A DNA stretch of 64,000 bases from Meiothermus sp. (GTDB lineage: Bacteria > Deinococcota > Deinococci > Deinococcales > Thermaceae): positions 658,041 to 722,040 of the forward strand of contig NZ_BPIK01000001.1 in the NCBI RefSeq assembly GCF_026004075.1, in the 5' to 3' direction. A program made the position numbers and the translations under genes. This document shows, piece by piece, positions 56,680 to 64,000 of this stretch (position 1 is the stretch's first letter; every line of letters starts with the position of its first letter). The notes beneath the pieces are model-generated. The model was not told the origin of the DNA, ran no database searches, and was given only the letters and a program-made list of their open reading frames with translations.

Positions 56680-58605
56680 TTACCGGGCTACTTGCTGAAT
56701 GGCCTCTACAGCCTGGGGGTTCTCCAGGGCCGATAGATCGCCGGGGTTCTGGCCCAGAAAGGCTGCCCGGATGACCCGGCGCATGACCTTGGCGTTGCGG
56801 GTTTTGGGTAGGTCGGGCACAAACAGGATACGATCTGGCTTAAGGGCCTTGCCCAAACGGTGGGCGATGGTCTCGCCGATGGCCTGCTCGAGATCGGGAC
56901 TGGGGGTATGTCCATCCCGTAAAACCACAAACACCACGGCAGCTTCACCCTTGACAGGGTGGGGAATTCCGATGGCCGCTGCTTCTTTTACGGCTGGGTG
57001 CTCAACTGCGGCGCTCTCGTACTCGGCAGGCCCTACCCGTTTTCCAGCGATTTTGAGGGTGTCGTCGCTGCGACCCTGGATCATCCAGTGCCCATCCCGA
57101 TCCAAAATGGCCCAGTCGCCATGTACCCAGACATTCTCGAAGCGTCGCCAGTAGGCCTCGAGATAACGCTCGGGTGCTTTCCAAAAGCCCTTGGTCTGGC
57201 CCGGCCAGGGAGCCAGTACGGCCAGCTCGCCCACTTCGTCCCGCACGGGTTTGCCCGTGCTGTCGAGCACCTCGGCATGTATACCGGGTACGGCGGTGTT
57301 GAAGCCCATGGGCTTAATGGGCCGCCAAGCGGTACAGCCCAGAATGCCGCCGCCGATCTCGGTGCCGCCCGAGTAGTTGATGATGGGAATGCGGCTCTGG
57401 CCCACAGTTTTGAAGAACCAGAGATAGGGCTCGAGGTTCCAGGGCTCGCCAGTGGAGCCCAGCATACGAAGGCCGGACAGGTCGTGCTGGCGAACCCACC
57501 CATCGCCCAGGGGCATCAAGGCCCGCACCAGGGTGGGGGAGAGGCCCAGATGGGTTACCTTGTGCCGCTCGCAGATGGCCCACAAACGCCCGGCATCGGG
57601 ATAATCGGGGGCTCCTTCGTATAGCAGCGCCGTACCACCAATGGTTAGAGCGCCTAGAATGGCCCACGGCCCCATCATCCAGCCCATATCGGTAAACCAG
57701 AACAAGGTTTCGTGCGTGCGAAGGTCGAACAGATGGGCCATGTCCTGGGCCGCTTTGAGGGGAAAGCCAGCATGGTAGTGCACGGTGCCCTTGGGCTTGC
57801 CGGTGGTGCCGGAGGTGTAGATCAGCATGAAGGTATCCATGCTGCTCATGGGCTCATACCAGGTGGTTTTAGGCTGGGTCGGGACGATCTGATCCCACGC
57901 CACTTCGTTTGGAGCCAGGGCCGCCTCCCCAAAGCGGCGCACCACCAAAAGCTTTTCCACGCTGGGCGAGAGGGTAGCTGCTGCGCGGGCGTTGTCCAGC
58001 AGGCGTACCCGGCCCCCCCTGCGATAAAAACCATCGGCGGTGATGAGCAACTTGGCTTCGGCATCCTGCAGCCGGGTAGCGGCCGCCTCGGCAGCGTAGC
58101 CGGAAAAGATGGGTACAAAAATTGCTCCAATTTGTGCAACTGCCAAAGCGCTAATGGCGGTTTCGGGCAGCATGGGCATGAAGATGCCTACCCGATCTCC
58201 CTTGCCAACGCCCAGGGACTTGAGGGCATGGGCAGCTTGCGCTACGGTGGCCTCGAGTTCACCATAACTCAGCCGAACCACTGCCCCGTCTTCGCCTTCC
58301 CAAATAAGAGCCAGGTCTTGAGGCCGGGTTTTCGCATGGCGGAGAGCGTTGTATGCCAGGTTAAGCTGACCCCCCACAAACCACTGGGGCCACTGGGGGC
58401 CTTGCGAGACGTCCAGCACCCGCTCATAAGGGCTAAACCACTCCACACCCAGAAGCTCTAACGTGGCTTCCCAAAAAGCTTCGGGCTTCTGAATGCTAAA
58501 GCTGTAAAGTGCCTCGTAGCTGTCTAGGTTCAGGTGCTTGAGCAGAGCTTCAATATGACTGCCGTGTTTGTACGCCTCGGACGGAAACCAGATGGGTTCG
58601 CTCAT
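56680..58605 (-). CDS. AMP-forming acetyl-CoA synthetase family ligase
   Basis: Start at the ATG at 58605 (MSEPIWFPSEAY...). Contains YTSGTTGKPKG and the C-terminal PKTRNAKVMRR. Confidence 0.88.
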   Translation of the reverse strand: MSEPIWFPSEAYKHGSHIEALLKHLNLDSYEALYSFSIQKPEAFWEATLELLGVEWFSPYERVLDVSQGPQWPQWFVGGQLNLAYNALRHAKTRPQDLALIWEGEDGAVVRLSYGELEATVAQAAHALKSLGVGKGDRVGIFMPMLPETAISALAVAQIGAIFVPIFSGYAAEAAATRLQDAEAKLLITADGFYRRGGRVRLLDNARAAATLSPSVEKLLVVRRFGEAALAPNEVAWDQIVPTQPKTTWYEPMSSMDTFMLIYTSGTTGKPKGTVHYHAGFPLKAAQDMAHLFDLRTHETLFWFTDMGWMMGPWAILGALTIGGTALLYEGAPDYPDAGRLWAICERHKVTHLGLSPTLVRALMPLGDGWVRQHDLSGLRMLGSTGEPWNLEPYLWFFKTVGQSRIPIINYSGGTEIGGGILGCTAWRPIKPMGFNTAVPGIHAEVLDSTGKPVRDEVGELAVLAPWPGQTKGFWKAPERYLEAYWRRFENVWVHGDWAILDRDGHWMIQGRSDDTLKIAGKRVGPAEYESAAVEHPAVKEAAAIGIPHPVKGEAAVVFVVLRDGHTPSPDLEQAIGETIAHRLGKALKPDRILFVPDLPKTRNAKVMRRVIRAAFLGQNPGDLSALENPQAVEAIQQVAR

Positions 58606-58699
58606 AACGGGCCTCACTTTGCTTGCCTATAGTTTATTGGTAGAAGTTGCTTGATGGCCCATTTTGAATCTAGAGTTTTTTCTATCACGGTTCCCTATA

Positions 58700-58725
58700 T
58701 TTTTCTGCTAGGCCTAGCAGAAAAA
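58700..58725. terminator. Perfect 26-bp palindrome with flanking T/A runs
   Basis: TTTTTCTGCTAGGCCTAGCAGAAAAA lies about 140 nt downstream of the kinase gene and in the ligase promoter region. Confidence 0.45.
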
Positions 58726-58866
58726 GCCCAGCACAGCCTTTTGACTTTTTGGGGATTGCCAGGTTCTTTCCGATAACCCTTTCAAGAGGCCAAGAGGCCC
58801 ACCAGAGCGAGAATTGCAGCAGATAGGCTCAGAACGATCCCTTGAGCGGACTATACGCGTATTCCT

Positions 58867-59724
58867 CTATCGCTTTCGAAATAACCCAAACAGGCCTTTG
58901 CCTTTGGAAGGCTTCTCTTCTCGGGTATTTTTGGGAGGTTCGGTTGGGGTGCTGTTTTGCACAGCCTGGAGGAAGGCCTTGGGGGTGGCCCGAATAGCGG
59001 GATCCTTGGCTAGAAGGTTACGCACGATTCGATCGAGGTGTGGAGGAAGGTTGGTGGGCGGTGGTAGCTTGTGCAGGTGGGCGTGGGTGATTTCTTCCAG
59101 GGTTTCGCCAACAAAGGGCCGCTTGCCTACCAGCAGCTCAAAAGCCATGACCCCAAACGAATAGGCGTCTGAGGCGGGGGTGGCGGGTTCTCCCAAGAAC
59201 AGCTCGGGAGCCATGTAGAAGGGACTTCCGGCCCGCTCCAAGGGTTTGGGGTTTTCGCGGGTTTTGGCGACGCCAAAGTCGCCAAGTTTAAACAGAGTGC
59301 CGTCGATAAAAATGTTCGATGGCTTAACGTCTTGGTGGATGATACCCCGGTCGTGAAGGTAGATGAGGGCCTGGGCAATCTGGCTCAGGCAGTCGAGGGC
59401 CACCTCCCGGCTAAGGGGGCCTTTTTTGAGCCTGTCCTCGAGGGTTCCCTCTTCAAAGTACTCCAGCGCCAAAAAAGCCCCCTCCCCCTCGGGGCGCCCC
59501 GAGAGCCCCCGCACCAGGTTGGCGTGGTTGAGGGTAAGCGACAGGGCCACCTCCTGCGCAAAGCGCTCGGTGAGGGCCCGGTCGGTACGCACCTCCCGGC
59601 GCGGTACCTTAAGGGCCACCTTGGTACCGTCGGGGGCATGGGCCAGGTACACCTGGGACGACCGCCCCAAGCCCAGGAGCATCTCGAGCTTGTAGTGTTG
59701 TCGGGTAAGCCGGCGATAGTCCAT
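58867..59724 (-). CDS. Hanks-type Ser/Thr protein kinase (catalytic domain only, 285 aa)
   Basis: Contains LGLGRSSQVYLA, VALKV, IIHQDVKPSNIF, GDFGVAK, SPFYMAPE and DAYSFGV. Confidence 0.9.
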   Translation of the reverse strand: MDYRRLTRQHYKLEMLLGLGRSSQVYLAHAPDGTKVALKVPRREVRTDRALTERFAQEVALSLTLNHANLVRGLSGRPEGEGAFLALEYFEEGTLEDRLKKGPLSREVALDCLSQIAQALIYLHDRGIIHQDVKPSNIFIDGTLFKLGDFGVAKTRENPKPLERAGSPFYMAPELFLGEPATPASDAYSFGVMAFELLVGKRPFVGETLEEITHAHLHKLPPPTNLPPHLDRIVRNLLAKDPAIRATPKAFLQAVQNSTPTEPPKNTREEKPSKGKGLFGLFRKR

Positions 59725-59757
59725 GGGGGGTCTGGGGTTATTGCAACAAAAGGCCTG

Positions 59758-60435
59758 TTACGAGAGCGTTATGTGCTCACCTGGTTGCAGGGCTTTGCCC
59801 CCTACCCCCAGCAGGCCAGCCCGTTGAACAAAGGCCGCGCCATCCTGGGCAATGGGAGGGAAGGTGTTGTAATGCACGGGTAAAACCTGCTTGGCGCGGA
59901 TAAGCTCGAGGGCTTTTAGCGCGTCATCCGGCCCCATGGTGAAGTGGTCGCCAATGGGCAGAACAGCCAGATCGGGGCTGTACTGGGCTACCAGGGTCAT
60001 ATCGCTGAATAGGGCGGTGTCCCCTGCGATGTACAGGCGCTTACCGCCTAGCTCGAGCACAAACCCCTGGGCCAGTCCACCGTAGGTTCCGTCGGGAAAA
60101 GAAGAAGAGTGCCAGGCCGGTAACCACTTGAGCCAGCCACCTTTGAACTTGTAGGTGCCGCCCAGGTTCATACCCACCCCTTTGGCGCCCTGCTTCTCGG
60201 CATAACTGACAATTTCGTAATTGGAGACGATGGGAGCCCCGGTGCGCTGACTAATAGCGACGCTATCGCCGTAATGGTCGCCGTGGGCATGGGTGAGCAC
60301 AATCAGATCGGCCTCTACCTGATGGGCGGCGAGGGCCGCTTTAGGATTGCCGGTGAGGAAAGGGTCTACCACTATACGGGTGGTTCCGTCGCTGATGTAT
60401 AGCGCTGAGTGTCCTAGATAGCGTACCTCGACCAT
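59758..60435 (-). CDS. UPF0173-type metal-dependent hydrolase (metallo-beta-lactamase fold)
   Basis: Contains MVEVRYLGHSALYI and LTHAHGDHYGD. Confidence 0.88.
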   Translation of the reverse strand: MVEVRYLGHSALYISDGTTRIVVDPFLTGNPKAALAAHQVEADLIVLTHAHGDHYGDSVAISQRTGAPIVSNYEIVSYAEKQGAKGVGMNLGGTYKFKGGWLKWLPAWHSSSFPDGTYGGLAQGFVLELGGKRLYIAGDTALFSDMTLVAQYSPDLAVLPIGDHFTMGPDDALKALELIRAKQVLPVHYNTFPPIAQDGAAFVQRAGLLGVGGKALQPGEHITLS

Positions 60436-60489
60436 GATCTCACCTCCACCTGCTACTAGTATATGTCCGAAGCCGATGGGCGGTGCGGA

Positions 60490-60921
60490 TTAGGTCTGGG
60501 TCAGCCGCTGTAATACCCGCTCCACATTGCGTTCAAAGGCGGCCTCAGCCAGCCGGCCTAGGGCCCGCCCGCCCCATTTTTCGCCCTGGGGTAAGGTGGC
60601 GTGGATGTGGAGGGTGAGCTGATAGGCGATGCCCCCCTCTACCACCTCACCATGGCCCTCGAGCTCGGCCCAGAAGGCCGGGGGCTCGGGGAGGGGCAGG
60701 GCCTCGAGGCGCGCCGCCAGGCCCTGTGGATGAATACGGCTGTGGAAAGGAAACTGGATTTCGCCAAACAGCGGGGCCTCGGCCACCAGATAACCCTCGA
60801 GGGTGGTATCCCGGCGGGTGAGTTCGCCAAACGGGGGTTTGCCAGCGAACACCCGCTCGGGCTGGAGCAGGTGTTCGGGCGGCTCAGGCAGCCAGAGGTT
60901 GAAAGACTTTTCTAGTATCAT
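60490..60921 (-). CDS. Hypothetical protein (143 aa)
   Basis: Clean ORF with a plausible composition. No family confidently recognised. Confidence 0.55.
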   Translation of the reverse strand: MILEKSFNLWLPEPPEHLLQPERVFAGKPPFGELTRRDTTLEGYLVAEAPLFGEIQFPFHSRIHPQGLAARLEALPLPEPPAFWAELEGHGEVVEGGIAYQLTLHIHATLPQGEKWGGRALGRLAEAAFERNVERVLQRLTQT

Positions 60922-61040
60922 CCAAGTGTCCTAACACTGTTTCTTACTCTGGGGCTCCCGCAGGCAGAGTAAATAGGTCTTTGAACAGGAAAACGCGACT
61001 TGCTGTGTTGAGTCGGGGGGCACAGCTTCTTGCCGGGTGC

Positions 61041-61244
61041 TTAGTTGACCCACTCGACCCGAAGCTGCCCGGATTGTGCCAGCTGCTCGATTTCCTCATC
61101 GGTTACATTGCGCAGGCGTGCCAGGTGACCGAACTCGGGGGCTGCGGAAGCCAGCCCAACCCGCACTATCAGCACATCCTCGCCCTCGGCCTTGCCAATG
61201 CGCCAGACCAGATGATTCCCCAGCCGCTCGAGCAGGTCGTCCAT
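61041..61244 (-). CDS. Small hypothetical protein (67 aa)
   Basis: Translation is MDDLLERLGNHLVWRIGKAEGEDVLIVRVGLAS.... It competes with the antisense ORF 60981-61253. The SD is weak. Confidence 0.3.
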   Translation of the reverse strand: MDDLLERLGNHLVWRIGKAEGEDVLIVRVGLASAAPEFGHLARLRNVTDEEIEQLAQSGQLRVEWVN

Positions 61245-61312
61245 ACACTCTAGGGTATCTGAGTACCTAGCCTGGGTAAAGAGAGATAGGCAACTAAGGG
61301 TAAACTAGGCCG

Positions 61313-62020
61313 GTGGAAGCGATTGTGTTGGCCGGGGGTAGCGCCAACGACCCCCTCGCACAAAAATTTGGTGTTGCCAGTAAAACCTTGGTGCCCTACC
61401 GGGGCCGTCCGTTGGTGGAATACACCCTCGAGGCCCTGCTACAGGCCGGGCTGGAAGTCATTTTGGTAGGGCCGTCCACCCCCTTGAACCCCGCGCCCCA
61501 ACGGGCGCTGCCCGACCACGGCAGCCTGCTAGCCAACCTCGAGGCGGGCATCCATGCTGCCAAGGGCCACAAGGTGCTGGTTGCAACGGGGGACATGCCG
61601 TTTTTGCGCGCAGAGGCCGTGCGCTGGGTGCTGGAAAATGCGCCCCAGGCGGGCTTCGTTTATACCATCATTGCCAAATCCACCATCGAGCAGCGTTTTC
61701 CTGGGATGCGTCGCACCTATGCTCGAATCCGCGAGGGCGCTTTTACCGGGGGCAACCTGGTCATTATCGATAGAGACCTATTTTTCACGGCCCTGCCTTT
61801 GCTCCGGCGGGCCCTGGAGCTGCGTAAAAAACCACTGGCGCTGGCCCAGATGATCGGCTTTGGAACCTTGATTAAGGTAATTCTGGGTCGGGCCGATATA
61901 GCCGGGCTCGAGGCCAGGGTTTCACAAATCATTGGTGTTCCGGCCAGGGCACTGATCACCCCCTATGCCGAGGTGGGGGTAGATATAGATAAAGAAGAAG
62001 ATCTGGCATGGTTGAGGTAG
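61313..62020 (+). CDS. MobA-like NTP-transferase family protein
   Basis: GTG start. Contains AIVLAGGSANDPL, RGRPLVEYTLEAL and VATGDMPF. Confidence 0.72.
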   Translation: MEAIVLAGGSANDPLAQKFGVASKTLVPYRGRPLVEYTLEALLQAGLEVILVGPSTPLNPAPQRALPDHGSLLANLEAGIHAAKGHKVLVATGDMPFLRAEAVRWVLENAPQAGFVYTIIAKSTIEQRFPGMRRTYARIREGAFTGGNLVIIDRDLFFTALPLLRRALELRKKPLALAQMIGFGTLIKVILGRADIAGLEARVSQIIGVPARALITPYAEVGVDIDKEEDLAWLR

Positions 62021-62129
62021 TCCATTGAACCCGTACAGCCAAGCATGGGCAGAAGCTTTTTCCCATTTGCCAAGCTACAGATCGATTGGTCTGGAGCCTC
62101 CCCGTATAGGGGTGTAGACTAGAAGCCGG

Positions 62130-62669
62130 ATGCGAACTGTTCGTGATTTACGCCTGGCGGGTCTAATTGCTTATCTTGCAGCCCTAATTGCAGGGTTGAT
62201 GGTTTCGGGGCTTATACACTGGGCCTTGGGTGGGCGGGGCCAGTTTGGCTGGGAGGGCTTCAACTTTTTTGGCGTCCTCGAGGGCCTGGCTTTCTTGCTG
62301 GTTTTTACGGTTAGCCTTCTTATTGCCAAAAGGGCGGTCAAGGTGACCACCACCACCCTGCTTTCCGCAGGTATCTTTGCCCCTACTTCGGCCCGCAAAC
62401 TGGCCAGGCCGGTGCCGGTTATCAGCGCGCTACAGTCCTTCGAGGGTAGTATAGCGGTATTGCTCGAGGCGGGGCATCCGGTGGGCGTCATCGGCATTGC
62501 CGACTCCCTGGTACCCTGGGACGAAGCCCCGGTGGTTCCAGGTGATACCGCCGCAAGCGAACTGGGCTCGCTCTTTCGCCAACACCCGATTGTGTTTGTG
62601 GCCGATGGCGATACTGTGCACGGCATGATTACCCGGGAACGCTACTTCAAATACCTGGGCGCAAAATAG
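62130..62669 (+). CDS. Membrane-anchored hypothetical protein with CBS-like C-terminal part
   Basis: Two N-terminal hydrophobic helices are followed by a segment (PVGVIGIADSLVPW...VHGMITRERYFKYL) resembling a single CBS motif. Confidence 0.55.
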   Translation: MRTVRDLRLAGLIAYLAALIAGLMVSGLIHWALGGRGQFGWEGFNFFGVLEGLAFLLVFTVSLLIAKRAVKVTTTTLLSAGIFAPTSARKLARPVPVISALQSFEGSIAVLLEAGHPVGVIGIADSLVPWDEAPVVPGDTAASELGSLFRQHPIVFVADGDTVHGMITRERYFKYLGAK

Positions 62670-62799
62670 ACGAGGCTAAAAGCAACGGGAGACTAATGGG
62701 CTTCGGGCGGGGTTTTATCACCCAGACGATACTGTATCGGCAAATGAACATATCTTGCCCTAGCCTTGGCGTATCCTGGGTAGGTAACTGGAGACGCGC

Positions 62800-63906
62800 A
62801 TGAGCAAAGCACCCGATATTGTAGATCTGCTCAACCTGGCGGTAGAACGCAGTGCTTCGGATTTGGTGATCACAGTGGGCCTTCCCCCCATGGTAAAAAT
62901 TGACGGGGAGTTTCACCCTACCGAGTTTGAACCCCTAACCCCCCAGGAAACCCGGCGCCTGACCTATGCTCTGATGGACGAGAAGCAGCAGCGGGTTTTT
63001 GAGGAGGAAAAGGAGCTCGACTTCTCCTTCAGCCTGCCGGGTAAAGGCCGCTTCCGCGTCAATATCTTCTTGCAGCGCGGTAGTGTGGGTGGGGTGCTGC
63101 GGGTGGTGCCCTCCAACGTCAAGAGCTTTGAGGAGCTGGGTCTGCCCAAGACCGTGGCCGATATTGCCATGAGCCCGCGTGGGCTGGTGCTGGTAACCGG
63201 GCCTACCGGCTCGGGCAAATCCACCACCCTGGCCTCGATGATCGACTATATCAACGAGCGCAAACGCTGCCACATCGTGACCATCGAAGATCCCATCGAG
63301 TTTTTCCACCGGCATAAGAGCTCCATTATCAACCAGCGTGAAATCGGTTCCGATACCCACGGCTTCGACAAGGCCCTGCGCTCGGTGCTGCGACAGGCAC
63401 CTGACGTGATTCTAGTAGGAGAGATGCGCGACTATGAGACCATTTCGGCCGCTATCACCGCCGCCGAGACCGGGCACCTGGTTATGGGCACACTGCACAC
63501 CAACAGCGCCCCCGAGACCATCGACCGCATTATTGACGTCTTCCCGGAGTCTCAACAGGAGCAGGTACGGGTGCAGCTCTCCAACAACCTGGTCGCGGTG
63601 CTCACCCAACAACTGCTGCCCAAAGCTTTTGGCGGTGGGCGGGTGCTGGCCTACGAGCTCATGGTTGCCACCCCAGCGGTGCGGGCCCTCATCCGCGAAG
63701 GAAAGAGCCATCAGCTGGTGAGTGTGATTCAAACTGGCGGCCAGTACGGCATGATCACCATGGATGCCCACCTGGCCGACCTATTCAAGCGCAAGCTGAT
63801 TACCTACGAGATGGGGCAGTCGCGCTCGGTAGACCCGAAGGAGTTTGCTCGCCTGGCCGGTGCGGGTAGCCCCTCGCCTCAGACAGCTGGCATGCGTCGG
63901 CCTTAA
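62800..63906 (+). CDS. pilT: Type IV pilus twitching-motility ATPase PilT
   Basis: Contains ASDLVITVGLPPMVKIDGE, VTGPTGSGKSTT, IVTIEDPIEF, ILVGEMRD, GTLHT and AVRALIREGKSHQL. Confidence 0.93.
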   Translation: MSKAPDIVDLLNLAVERSASDLVITVGLPPMVKIDGEFHPTEFEPLTPQETRRLTYALMDEKQQRVFEEEKELDFSFSLPGKGRFRVNIFLQRGSVGGVLRVVPSNVKSFEELGLPKTVADIAMSPRGLVLVTGPTGSGKSTTLASMIDYINERKRCHIVTIEDPIEFFHRHKSSIINQREIGSDTHGFDKALRSVLRQAPDVILVGEMRDYETISAAITAAETGHLVMGTLHTNSAPETIDRIIDVFPESQQEQVRVQLSNNLVAVLTQQLLPKAFGGGRVLAYELMVATPAVRALIREGKSHQLVSVIQTGGQYGMITMDAHLADLFKRKLITYEMGQSRSVDPKEFARLAGAGSPSPQTAGMRRP

Positions 63907-63967
63907 GGCTCAAAACCATTGACTGGCCAGTCACTTGAAGGCTACTCGCTCGCCATTGGAGAAACCC

Positions 63968-64000
63968 ATGCCTTTCTCCGAAGAAACCATATGCGCGTTT
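63968..64000 (+). CDS. Start of an unidentified ORF running off the window
   Basis: GGAGAA followed by an ATG (MPFSEETICAF...). Only 11 codons are visible. Confidence 0.2.
   Translation, partial: MPFSEETICAF

Noticed and set aside
61041-61244. RelE/ParE-like toxin, suggested by ..VWRIGKAEGEDVLIVRVGLAS..
   Set aside because: The resemblance is limited to one short beta-strand motif. The rest does not fit, and there is no adjacent antitoxin-sized partner gene.

Overview
This is a high-GC (about 62-63% by eye) bacterial chromosome segment. It has Thermaceae hallmarks: bacterial V-type ATPase A/B/D, a Thermus-style pyrR leader and PilT paralogues. I infer a Meiothermus/Thermus-like organism. 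I found no rRNA, tRNA or CRISPR array. The left part (1-28.5 kb) is housekeeping: V-ATPase tail, nitrilase-family hydrolase, aspartokinase, pyrR-pyrB-pyrC, LacD-like aldolase plus PfkB kinase, OYE reductase, acyl-CoA dehydrogenase-etfBA, hisD, isocitrate lyase, rplU-rpmA-obg-rsfS and an M28 peptidase. It is interrupted by an IS630-family element that splits a small lipoprotein gene, and it carries two families of structured intergenic repeats. The centre (28.8-55.3 kb) looks like an accessory envelope-glycan/biofilm island. It starts with a 1251-aa GAF/PAS histidine kinase, followed by a 12-gene translationally coupled operon: manC-like gene, flippase, DPM1/ALG5-like GT2, GT4, a sigma-less STAS-PP2C-RsbW-STAS-CheY partner-switching module, a 1046-aa GT-C-like membrane protein, an Ig-like protein and a membrane-tethered clan GH-A hydrolase. 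A convergent operon follows (lectin-like secreted protein, PIG-V-like GT-C, OmpR-type regulator). Next come a DUF4114/LruC-type lipoprotein whose 3' end is clipped by an IS5-family element, and a 1133-aa PAS/GAF/HD-GYP protein. The right end carries two pilT paralogues, an acetyl-CoA-synthetase-family ligase, a Hanks kinase and small conserved genes. The partner-switch-controlled glycan locus is my best candidate for an undescribed system. All calls come from reading the translations and the DNA; no database search was possible, so family names are recognition by eye.
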